Positions 16,501 to 26,058 of a DNA stretch of 53,421 nucleotides are shown here, piece after piece. The notes under the pieces are model-generated. The model had not been told where the DNA came from. It searched no databases and saw only the letters and a program-made list of their open reading frames with translations. The position numbers and the translations under genes were made by a program. Each line of letters opens with the position of its first letter. Positions within the stretch are counted from its first letter, which is position 1. Source of the stretch: Chromera velia (lineage: Eukaryota); contig JAHBMJ010000228.1 of assembly GCA_018398765.1 (NCBI GenBank), forward strand, positions 1-53,421. Direction: 5' to 3'.

Positions 16501-18899
16501 CAGCATAAGGAGAAGCAGACAGTCGAATGAATCCTTGTTCAAGATATATGTCTAGCTGTCTCCTCAGTTCATCTGTCTCTCCTATTGACAATCGGTAAGG
16601 TGGACGTGTAGGAGGTGAATGACCAGGCTCAAGTTCAATTTTGAAGTCCAAATGAGAACCTCTGAACGGTGGCAGATGAGAGAGTCGATCAAAGAAAAGA
16701 GATGCATGATCTGCCACAATTTCTTTCATATCATGAGGCACCTCTGGATCCGGTCGATTGAGAAATGCACGCACTTCAAAAAGATCAGAAGAAGAATAGA
16801 TAGGATGATCAGAAGAAAGAGAAGAAAGAAAGTCAGACCTATGAATCCCCTTGTTATCCATTTTCCCCTTTCCATTCCCCCTCAATTCACTCACTTCAGT
16901 TGTCTGCACTTCGCACTCCTCCTGTGCAGGTAGTCGTGGGCGCACCGTCTCCATGTACACGATATGAAACGGCACTCCCCTCTTGATGCAACGTCTAGCC
17001 TGCACAAGGATTCAAGAAGGGAGAGCAATTTTTATCTTTCTTGTACCCTCCTTTCAAAATCACTTCACGGCGTTTGAAAGAGAACCGAAGAGACCGAGTT
17101 GGATGGTCGAGCTCGACGTTGTGTGCGTCACTCCATTTTTGACCGAGGATCACGTCATAGCCATCCAGGTCAGCAAGCAATGCACCCACAATTTCTGAAT
17201 ACCCCTGTATGCGCAGAGGCACTTGAGGTGCATACTCACTGACCGTAGCGTCCAGTCTCCGATTCTCCTTCACCGCCATCCGATATCTCATAGGGGTCGA
17301 AAACCTACAAATATGGAGCTGCCGATTGTATGCAAACTTGCTATCAACAAAAATATTATCAGCTCCATTATCATAAAACACTTTGACTGGACTGCCAGCA
17401 ATCGTGCCTTGATAGACAAATCCCTCTCTGTAACTTTCATCACCATCATCCTCTTCTTCCTCCCCCGACCCCCCACCTTCTTCTTCAATATTTTTTATTT
17501 CTTCCTCAACTTCTCTACGTACCTCAGGTTCCCAAGGAACCACGACGCGATCATCCTTTCTCCGGCCGGGAATCGTTCTCCCTCCCGCCATTCGTCTGCG
17601 TCCCACCCGATGTGCTGGTTGTGACCCCCGGGGCGGTGAAGACGTTCGCCGACCAAACGATGGAGTGTCACTGAAGGTAGGCTCCTGTCCCTCCGAAGGA
17701 ACATTGCTTCCGAACCCCCTGCCTGGCTGACGAGTCTCCTCCCTCCCCTCTGGTGCAGAGGGCGACCCAGAAGGAGAAGGGTATCGAGCCCCCTCATAGT
17801 ATCTGCGAGGAGGAGAGCTTTCTCGTCAAAACTCGGGAAACCAGGCTGCTCGCTGTGGAGGTTCCCGCCATGCTCCGAATGGGGACGTGTATATGGCGCG
17901 TGCCTGCAGGGGACCGCGCAACCCATTCCAGCACTGCCTCATCTGGTGATTGGGATCACCATACTGGAGGCAAAGTCCTTGTCTCCATCTTTCCTCCCAT
18001 AGGGCCTGAGGCAATTTGGGGTCGCAAAGTGGCATGCCATGATGCACCCCACAGAGTTCCATCGGAGCCGGTCCAGTTGGGTCAATCGATGGAGACCCCC
18101 TTAGAATCGGTCCTACCCCTTTGGCCCACTTTCCTCCCCGAGCTAATGCCTGTTAAAGCCAGGCCTTGTTGTCCAAAGCCTTCTCCATGGCCTCCTGCAG
18201 AGTCTGCGGCTCCTGCCTGTCGGTCTGAAACATGACGGCACGTGGCAAACCCTCGATATAGCTGTCAAGGAGGTCTTATTCACTCATCCCTGCCTTTTTC
18301 AGCTTCAGAGCCTCGATATCAAACTTATTATTGTAGTCGCTGACAGTTCCAGTGCACCTGAGGATTACGATCTTTTTCTTTGCTACCCTGCGGACGTGCT
18401 TGTCTCTATACTGATGAAGCAATGTGTCCTTCAAGGCAGGCCAGTCGCGAAACCCAATGCCGTCCTCCAACTTCACCAAGTCAAACCAGTCCTTAAGTTC
18501 AGGGCTCAAATAAGACTTGGCCAGACCGAGTTAACGTTCCGGAGCGGTCTGAGCATTCGCAAACCAGTCGTCCATGTCAGTACACCACCTTTCCGCTTTC
18601 TCCTACACTCCCGTAAAGATATCCGGATTCTTCAGTATAGTCCTGGGAACTTGTTCTCGAACTTCAGGCGCCTGAGGAGGTAGACCACCCTGTCTGCCTC
18701 CAAACAACATGCCGTCTCCTTGTACATCCATCCGCTGCTGGACTGCCGCAGCAGCTTGCTCCATCTGTCTTTACTGCAGTTCTGCCAGTATCTGCCCTTA
18801 CTGCTGCTGGGTCTGCTGGACTGCGGTGAGGCTCTGCTGAACCAGGGGGTCCTGTAACAGAGTCACACCTACTTCCGCCTGGAACTACTTAAAAGACAT
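13580..18899 (-). pseudogene. gag-pol polyprotein with at least 12 premature stops
   Basis: gag ATG 18899 with PAPMELC and degenerate Zn knuckle CLQYGDPNHQMRQC; protease VFYDNGADNIF; RT LDLR*YYHQM..KTAFTTRYGSFEW..FLDDILIYS; RNase H FVDAC..EKEFLG..SDHESL..NRVADALSR; integrase HH..GHLG..CDIC, SDRDPRF, GQTERDN; chromodomain YEVEEILDHR..YLVWWKG..SWEP. Frameshift near 17010. Confidence 0.95.
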
Positions 18900-18940
18900 C
18901 AAGAAAGAAAATCAGAATGGGCAAAGATTTGTCCCTTAGC

Positions 18941-18961
18941 CGAACCAGCTCTGTACTACCA
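18941..18961 (-). promoter_or_regulatory. Primer-binding site, initiator-Met-tRNA-like
   Basis: Minus strand TGGTAGtaCAGAGCTGGTTCG, 3 nt after the 5' LTR; resembles the complement of eukaryotic tRNAiMet 3' end (..CTCTGCTACCA) with a 2-nt insertion. Confidence 0.75.
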
Positions 18962-18964
18962 GAC

Positions 18965-19217
18965 TGTAAGCTGCATACGGTACTAGAGGCTCAATTACGA
19001 TAAGCGTAGATCGTAGGCAGACTCACATTAAAGTATGACCTAGCAGAGTCAATCTGTTGATCCACTATTCAGACCAGCCAACACCACGATCGAGAGACTG
19101 GCACAGAACAACTTTCGCACGCAAAGGTCAGACGTCACTTTATTCAGACTGGGGGCACGCGGCGTTGCGAGGTCGGCAGCGGCTCTAGCGTGGCGCAACA
19201 CTCGTGACAGGCCCATA
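18965..19217 (-). repeat. 5' LTR (253 bp)
   Basis: TGTAAGC...GGCCCATA (terminal CA changed to TA), followed by TSD GCCCC. Confidence 0.96.
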
Positions 19218-20372
19218 GCCCCGGAAAGATCCCGCCCCAAATGGTCCAGAAAAGCGTGCATGAACCCATGTTATCATGTATGCGTGCGTCAGTGGCCCCG
19301 GAAAATGACAGGCTGTATCCCCAGGTTTTTTTCCTGGGGGAGGGGGGATTCTGTAGCTTTTTCCGTGGGGGGGAGAGGTTGGCACGACCACCCGATCGGC
19401 TGGCCGGCGTGCGTCAATCGTGAAGTTCTCATTTTTCTTGCTTTCCGGGGCTGTTCGCAAGCTTGCTTGCGTCAGATACGCCAAATGTGCATGCGTCAGG
19501 TGGACTTCAGACCTGATTACCCGATTTTCACCAAAAAAAGTCCCCGGAAAGATCCCGCCCCAAATGGTTCAGAAAAGCGTGCATGAACCCGCGTTGTCAT
19601 ACATGCGTGCGTCAGTGGCTCTGGAAAGCGATAAACTGCATCCGCGGGCTTTTTTCCTGGGGGAGGAGGGGTTTTGCAGCTTTTCCCGTGGGGGGGGGGG
19701 TCGGCGTAACTGTCTGATCAGCTGGCCTACGTGTGTCAATCGTGAAGTTCTTATTTTTCTTACTTTCCGGGGCCGTTCGCAAGCTTACTTGTGTTAGATA
19801 TATGCGTGCACGCTGTCTTTCGGCAAAAACCCGGCCCCGAAAGGTTGATAGCCCCGAAAAGCGAAGCGGGAGGCACTTAGAAAACAGAAATACCCCAGCC
19901 CACGTGCGTGCACGCACGTACGCTGTCTTTCGGCAAAAACCCGGCTCCAAAAGGCTGAATGTATGCCAAATGTGTGTACGTCAGGTGGACTTCAGACCTG
20001 ATTACCCGATTTTCGCTAAAAAAAGACCCCGGAAAGATCCCGCCCCAAATGGTCCAGAAAAGCGTGCATGAATCCGTGTTGTCATGCATGCGTACGTCAG
20101 TGGCCCCAAAAAGCGATAGACTGCATCCCCACATTTTTTTCCTGGGGAAAGGGGGGTTCTGCGGCTTTTCTCATGGGGGGGAGGGGTCGACACGACTACC
20201 CGATCGGCTTGCCTGCGTACGTCAATCGTGAAGTTCTCATTTTTCTTACTTTCCGGGGTTGTTCGTAAGCTTGCTTGCGTCAGATGGTGAAAGACACTGC
20301 GTGCACGCGTGGGCTGGGGTATTTCTGTTTTGTAAGTGCCCCCCGCTTCGCTTTCCGGGGCCACTCAATTGA

Positions 20373-20560
20373 TCGCGGGCCGCCGGGGGGGCCCGTCGCG
20401 GCCGCGCGGCCGCCGGCATGCCGGGCCGCATGCAGGCGCGCGCGGGGCCCCCGCCGGGCCGCCGGGCCGGCCGGGTGCGGGCCGCGTGCATGCATCGCTC
20501 CATGTATGCATGCATGCAGCTTAACTTCGCTTTCGAATTCCGGGTCATCGATCGAGTCGA
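20373..20560. promoter_or_regulatory. Very GC-rich (GGCC/CGCG) island with TGCATG and ATCGAT clusters, putative promoter
   Basis: About 115 bp of nearly pure G/C, then tgcatgcat/atgcatgcatgc and atcgatcga, upstream of the ankyrin-HET gene. Confidence 0.5.
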
Positions 20561-21167
20561 CACATCTTTGCCTGATCCTTTACACACGCAGTGAAGCCGA
20601 CCTAACGCAAAGCTTCATGACTTAACGAGCTTTGTTTGTTGCGTTGTCCTTGACTTGTCAACCCTCATCTGCCCGTCCTGAGTCTCGTGAAAGACGAACA
20701 ACGCCTTACCTGTATAGGTTAGATATACTCTGCTCATATACATACCTCAGTGACAGGCTCTCGTTTACCTGCTTCAGTCTCCAGCTGCAAAGAAAACAAA
20801 GAGCGACAGACTGAGCGCCGTAAAGGCGATTGTAGAATTCCATACGACGCAAAGCCACAAGAGCTGCCGAGAAGAGCCCACAGGTCTGCATGCGTGTTGG
20901 CTTATTCGTCTGACCTTTATTCTTATTAGAGCCAGAGATCAGATCACGCCTTCATTCCCCACCCAGCGTGCGTGTGTGTAAGAATAGCTGCTGATTCTCG
21001 GACAGTCAAGCAGACAGAAAAGCTTTCGAACGTCGACAGAGCGCCGCACAGTCATGTTCCGCTCGGCGCTCAGGCCCTATACGTGAAAACACACACTCGC
21101 CTTCCTCCTGCATGCAGGGACGCTGAGCTTGAAGAACAATTTCGATCGATCAGAGAAACTCTGGAAG

Positions 21168-24100
21168 ATGGCTGAGCACTTTCCGGAAGTCGTCGCGATT
21201 CTTGAGAAGCGCAAGGAGACGAAGATCACGCTCAAACACATGGCAACTCTCTTTCGCAACACGCTGCCAGCGAAAGGTCAGCACGCTGGTTCTGTATGGG
21301 CCACCTTCAATATTCAGGGATGTAAGCAAGAACGTGTTCCCGTGTAGGACGGTTCCAAGACAATGTACAGGGAAGGTGTCTCTCCTTGGTCAGCTGCGCA
21401 CATGTGGTTTTGAGTGAATCTTAGGATCAAATTTTGCGTCTCTGGATTCTGCTGCAGGTTCCTCGGAAGGCCCCGGGGTGAGACTCGAAGGCCCTCCGGG
21501 AGGGGGGAAGGGGGAGAACTTGAAGGAGGCGGGATCGGGAAGGAGAACATCGGGGGGCGGCAGTTCGCACGGGGGGGAAGAGAAGGCCGCTGCAGCTGAG
21601 GGGTGCGTTCAGTCAATTTCCCCAGATGGGGCCTGCCTGCAGGACTCTCTCTGCCATGCATTTGATTCTTTTTTCGGTGAATCTATCGTTTCTCTGTTTT
21701 AGACCGCCAGAACCCCAGAATAGATGTTTCGGCCGTTGGTCGGCTCATTGGCTCCCTCTCTTGACCCTGCTTCCTTCATGATCCCTTCATTTCTTTTCCT
21801 AGCTCCAGATCAATCTTCTCCTCCTTGCGAGGCTCCTCCTTTTCCCATGGCGTCTTTCTTCTCAGCTGTGCGCGTCCCTCTCTGAGACTCGCTCAATGTG
21901 CTATTTGCACAGATTTGTTGACACGAAATTCAATGCAGCCACGGTCCTCCTGCACCTGCGCCGGCACCGCTGGACAACCCCAAGAGGGAGATCGATCGGC
22001 CGCATGAAAACGGCTTGACAGCACTGATGAGTGCCTCGTTGGTCGGAGACTGCCCAAAAGTGAAGCAGTTGCTGGAGGCGAAGGCCAAGGTGGACCTCCA
22101 GGATAAGCAGGACGGTAACACTGCGCTCATGTGCGCCTCTGAACAGGGCCATACGGACGTTGTGCAGCTGCTGCTACACGCGAAGGCCAGCACAGACCTT
22201 CAGAGCAAGCGCTTCGGAGACACGGCCCTCATGAAGGCAGCTGCCAAGGGCCACGCCGATGTTGTGCGGGTGTTGCTCGATGCAGGTGCCAGTGCGAACA
22301 TCAAACAGGTGTTTGGGATGAATGCCCTGATGGCTGCGGCCACAGCCGAGCGTCAGCACGTAGATATTGTCCGGCTGTTTCTGGACGCAAAAGAGAAAGT
22401 TGATGTCGACACCCCCTCCAAAATGGGATTCAACGCTCTGATGTACGCCTGCCGAAGAGGCCACACAGACATCGTACGCTTGCTGCTGAGCGTGAATCCC
22501 AACCCTGATGTTCAGAATAGCAAGGACGGAACGACTGCTTTGTTCATAGCCTCCGAAAAGGGCTGCACGGACATCGTGCGGTTGCTCCTGAATGCGAAAG
22601 CCAGGGCGGACATAAGGGACAGATACGGCCGGACAGCCCTTAATCGAGCCTCCGTGCGTGGCCACACGGACATCCTGAGGCTACTGCTAGACGCCGCCTC
22701 CGTCTCTGACCCAACAGAGACCGGCAAGAATATCCGGAACCAAGGAGGGGACGAGGCGCTGACCAACGCCGTCATAGCCGGGGACGTCGAGATTGTGGAG
22801 TTTTTCCTCTCCTTTCCGGCCATCAAGGCCGTGGTGGATGCGCGGGACTCCGAGGGAATGACGCCGCTGATGCATGCGGCCTTGGGGGGTCATATGGTCC
22901 TTGTGGAACTCCTCCTACAGAAGGGGGCTGATCTTCAGTTGGACGATGCAGGGGGAAAGACCGCGCTCGCCCGGGCAGAGGAGGGGGGAAATGGGCTAGT
23001 CGCCCAGAGACTGCGCACCGGTGCGCAAGTGGAAGATCCCTGGTCGGCCGAGATGGTCTCGGAGTGGGAGGCGCTCCGCTCTCTTGTGGACAGTGGGGCG
23101 GTGGCATTTTGGCCTTTGGCCTTCCTCAGATCCCTGCTGCGGGGCAGCCACCGTCTTCCGTTCCGCCAACAAGTGGGAGAGACGGCAGAGGCTATCGGGG
23201 TCCGCTGCCTACCCTTCTGTGCCCATACACAGGCGGCACATCTTCGACACCCCGTCGGAGCGTCCTTCAAATTAGTCGCTGTCAGCTATCCCTGGCTGGC
23301 GAAGGAGCACCCCGACCCGGATGGGTTCCGTCTTCAAAGTGTGGTAGAGCAGCTGGATCAGTACTGGTGGGGGCGTGAGGACTCCCCTGTGGGTGTTTTT
23401 GTCTTCTGGGACTTTCTCTCCCTCTTCCAACACCCCCCTGGTGGCCAACGCACCAGCGAGCAAAACACTTTATTCAAGCAGGGGCTCAGCAAGATGGACC
23501 TCATCTACAGCAGCCCCCATACCCACGTGATTCGATCCACATCGGTGCCCGCTGGCTCTATCAACCCGACCCCCTACTTTAAGAGAGGCTGGTGCTGGTT
23601 CGAGACGGCCGTCACTGCCTTCAAGCCCCCCCTCCAGGTGTCCACTGACGAAGGTCAAGGCGAGGAGGACGAAAGCACCAGTTTCCTCCGAATACCCGCA
23701 ACCCCTCTACACTTTGACAAAGCACTAGAGACGAAACAGTTCACTAACGGCAAATCAGACACCGATATGGTGAAGTCTCTGTACAGGCAGTTTCTGCAGG
23801 GGTCTGTCCACAAACTGAAGGTGTTCGCTGATGGTTCATGGGCCCCCACGCAGCATGCACGGAAAGAAATGGGCGCGAAGGCCGCGCTGCAGCTGGCCGA
23901 GATAGTAGAGTGCGTTGCTGCGAACCCGTCACTTGCAGATGCGTTCAGGCCACAAGTACTTGACCTCCGTGGGTCAGGTCTAGATAGCAATACGCTCGAC
24001 TGGCCCCTTGGCCAGCTTGAGGAGTTCGAGGAGGTCGCCGCTTCATTGGAACGGCTGCTCTGTGCCTTCGGGAAGCTCCGCAGTGTCACGGTGGTGAACA

Positions 24101-25147
24101 TCTCCCCAGTCTTCACCAGCCACTCCAACTTTGAGAAGCAAGCAGAGAAAGCGAAAGCCCTAATCACGGGTCTAGAAAGGGGCCTAGCGGGTCTCTTCCC
24201 CCCACTAGAGTCCGACTCCGACCCCCACGGCTCCTATCCGTGTCCCCTCCCGAATAACCTCCCCCTCCTCGCATCGGTTGGAATGTCAGAGGTCGGTCAC
24301 TTTTCTTCTTACTACTGCGTGGCGGTCTGTCTTTATGCACATGGATTTGGCTTTTCGGTGTCTGTACCACGAAGTTTGGTCAAATTGTGGGTTTCGACTT
24401 CATGTCGCGCAGCATTGAGCACAAATGGTTTGGCAATTAAGCCCTAGCAGAGGGCATGCAGGCTATGAGTCAGGGATTTAATTTTATTTGACAGCAAGTT
24501 GAAGCACGTTGTGTTCGATCAGATCAAAGATGAATTACTTTTGCCTGCAGGTCATTGCGCGCATATTAACAATCGACGGCGCGAAGGTGAACGTGGATGT
24601 CAGACATCCGGAGGACGGGTCAACTCCGTTGATGTGTGCGTCTGCCAATGGGCACCGTGATGTCGTGCGGCTGCTGCTGGGTTTGGGGGCCAATCCCGAC
24701 CTTCAGGACAAAAGTGGTGCCACAGCGCTGGTGAAGGCCTCGAACAACGGTTGGACAGAGATCGGGCGGCTTCTGCTGGACGCGAAGGCCAACACAGATC
24801 TTCAGACCGACAGCGGAACCGCGGCACTTATGGGTGTATGCCTTAGGGGTAAAGACGGCGTGTCAAACGCTTTGAGAGAGGCCTACGGGGAGATCGTGGG
24901 TCTGCTGCTGGGTGCAGGGGCCAATGTCAACTTGCAGTGCAAGAGCGGATACACCGCCCTGATGTGGGCCGCTTACGGTGGACGAACGGACATGATCCAG
25001 TTGTTGTTGGATGCGGGAGCACGTTTAGAAAGCAAAAATGAGGACGGTAAAACAGCCCTCATGATGGCCTCTCTGGAGCGCCGCGAGGAGGTCGTGCGTC
25101 TTCTGTCTAGTGCGCAGGATAGAGCACAGGGAGAGAAAGAATCCTAA
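21168..25147 (+). CDS. Ankyrin repeat - HET-like domain - ankyrin repeat protein
   Basis: Phase-consistent exons 21168-21276, 21458-21602, 21939-24291, 24551-25147 (the start may lie further upstream). About 9 N-terminal ANK repeats (GNTALMCASEQGHTDVVQLLL), a central domain with VSYPW..HPDP, FWDFLSLFQ, MDLIYSS and YFKRGWCWFE, and about 5 C-terminal ANK repeats. Confidence 0.9.
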
Positions 25148-25199
25148 ATCGTGGCATCCATACAGCGCTGTTTGTAAGGTTGAGCGAGCCTGATGTGTC

Positions 25200-25900
25200 C
25201 TACAATGCATATGTTTTCATGAATATCACACTACAAATTTAATATAGATATGTTTCAGCATTGTAACGCCGTTGTAGCGGCGTTGTTTCTAAATATGATT
25301 CAAAGTTCAACTAGTTATATCGTTTTGTCTAGTTTTTAAATTTATAGTGTTTGATAAGTATGCGGCTTGATTGAGTAGCTATAGAACCTGTATTCAATGA
25401 CTAAATTATGTATTATATGTTTGTCTTATACTTAGAGAAGCTCGGCTAGAAGCTACTAGGAAGAGAAAACAATATACGAATATAAGATATGTGTCTCTCT
25501 ATACATAACCTAGTATATAAGCAATTATTGTTAAAGTAATCACAGTTTTCTCTTTACTACTTTTCTTTAATTGCAGCCTGAGATTCACCTATTCAAAACA
25601 AACTGTCTAGCAAACTGTGTCTAACATCAAACGCTAGATATCGATCTTATAATACCTTACATGGGCCTAGACATAGGCTGATGGCGACGGTGCATCTAGC
25701 GGTGCATGCATGATGAACTATTAATGATGATGATATTATGATAATAATAATGAAAAATTAAAATATGAGAAATTTGATCAATATCAGGTTCAATTAGACG
25801 AAGAAAAAGATAATTCCTAGCATAAATCACTTAATGCGATACAAGCTGCATTACAAAAGAGTACCAAAGAGTTGTTTGACGTCTTTAGTTATGGAAGTAT
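25200..25900. other. AT-rich intergenic island 2 (between convergent 3' ends)
   Basis: AT-rich, CTAG/TA-rich, essentially no ORFs; boundaries approximate. Confidence 0.85.
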
Positions 25901-26058
25901 AAGCTCGAGTACGTTGGCAACGGAGAGAAGAGTGTTAGAGGCATGCATGTATTATGCATGTGGTGGAGTCATCCTCCCCTGTTCATCGGAATCCTATCGT
26001 CATCATATGACACTAGACAGCCCGTCTGCCTTCTCCCCTCCCCTTCCCTCTGCTCTGC

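Larger units (their letters stand above)
13226..19217 (-). mobile_element. Full-length Ty3/Gypsy chromovirus-type LTR retrotransposon (degenerate)
   Basis: Two LTRs (13226-13460, 18965-19217), 5-bp TSD GCCCC (13221-25 and 19218-22), PBS and PPT present, domain order gag-PR-RT-RH-IN-chromodomain. Confidence 0.97.
12623..20364. mobile_element. Non-autonomous DNA element with long TIRs and modular internal repeats (foldback-like, possibly PIF/Harbinger-related), interrupted by an LTR retrotransposon
   Basis: The left end GTGGCCCCGGAAAGTGAAGCGGGGGGAACTTACAAAATAAAAATACCCCAGCCCA.. is the imperfect reverse complement of the right end ..TGGGCTGGGGTATTTCTGTTTTGTAAGTGCCCCCCGCTTCGCTTTCCGGGGCCAC, and similarity extends roughly 200 bp. 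Flanking trinucleotides are TTA (12620-22) and TCA (20365-67). Internal direct units start near 19218, 19541 and 20026. No transposase seen. Confidence 0.8.

Noticed and set aside
6848..18899. Stop-codon reassignment (TAG/TAA = Gln) as the cause of in-frame stops
   Set aside because: Intact genes here end in TAG/TAA (4092, 25147, 46193) and have no internal stops; the stops co-occur with frameshifts and catalytic-site mutations
12623..20364. Repeat units as a CRISPR-like array
   Set aside because: No constant repeat with unique spacers, eukaryotic context, no cas genes; explained as a TIR element
25265..25284. Hairpin AACGCCG-N6-CGGCGTT after the ANK-HET stop
   Set aside because: A 7-bp stem is expected by chance, and bacterial-type terminators do not apply
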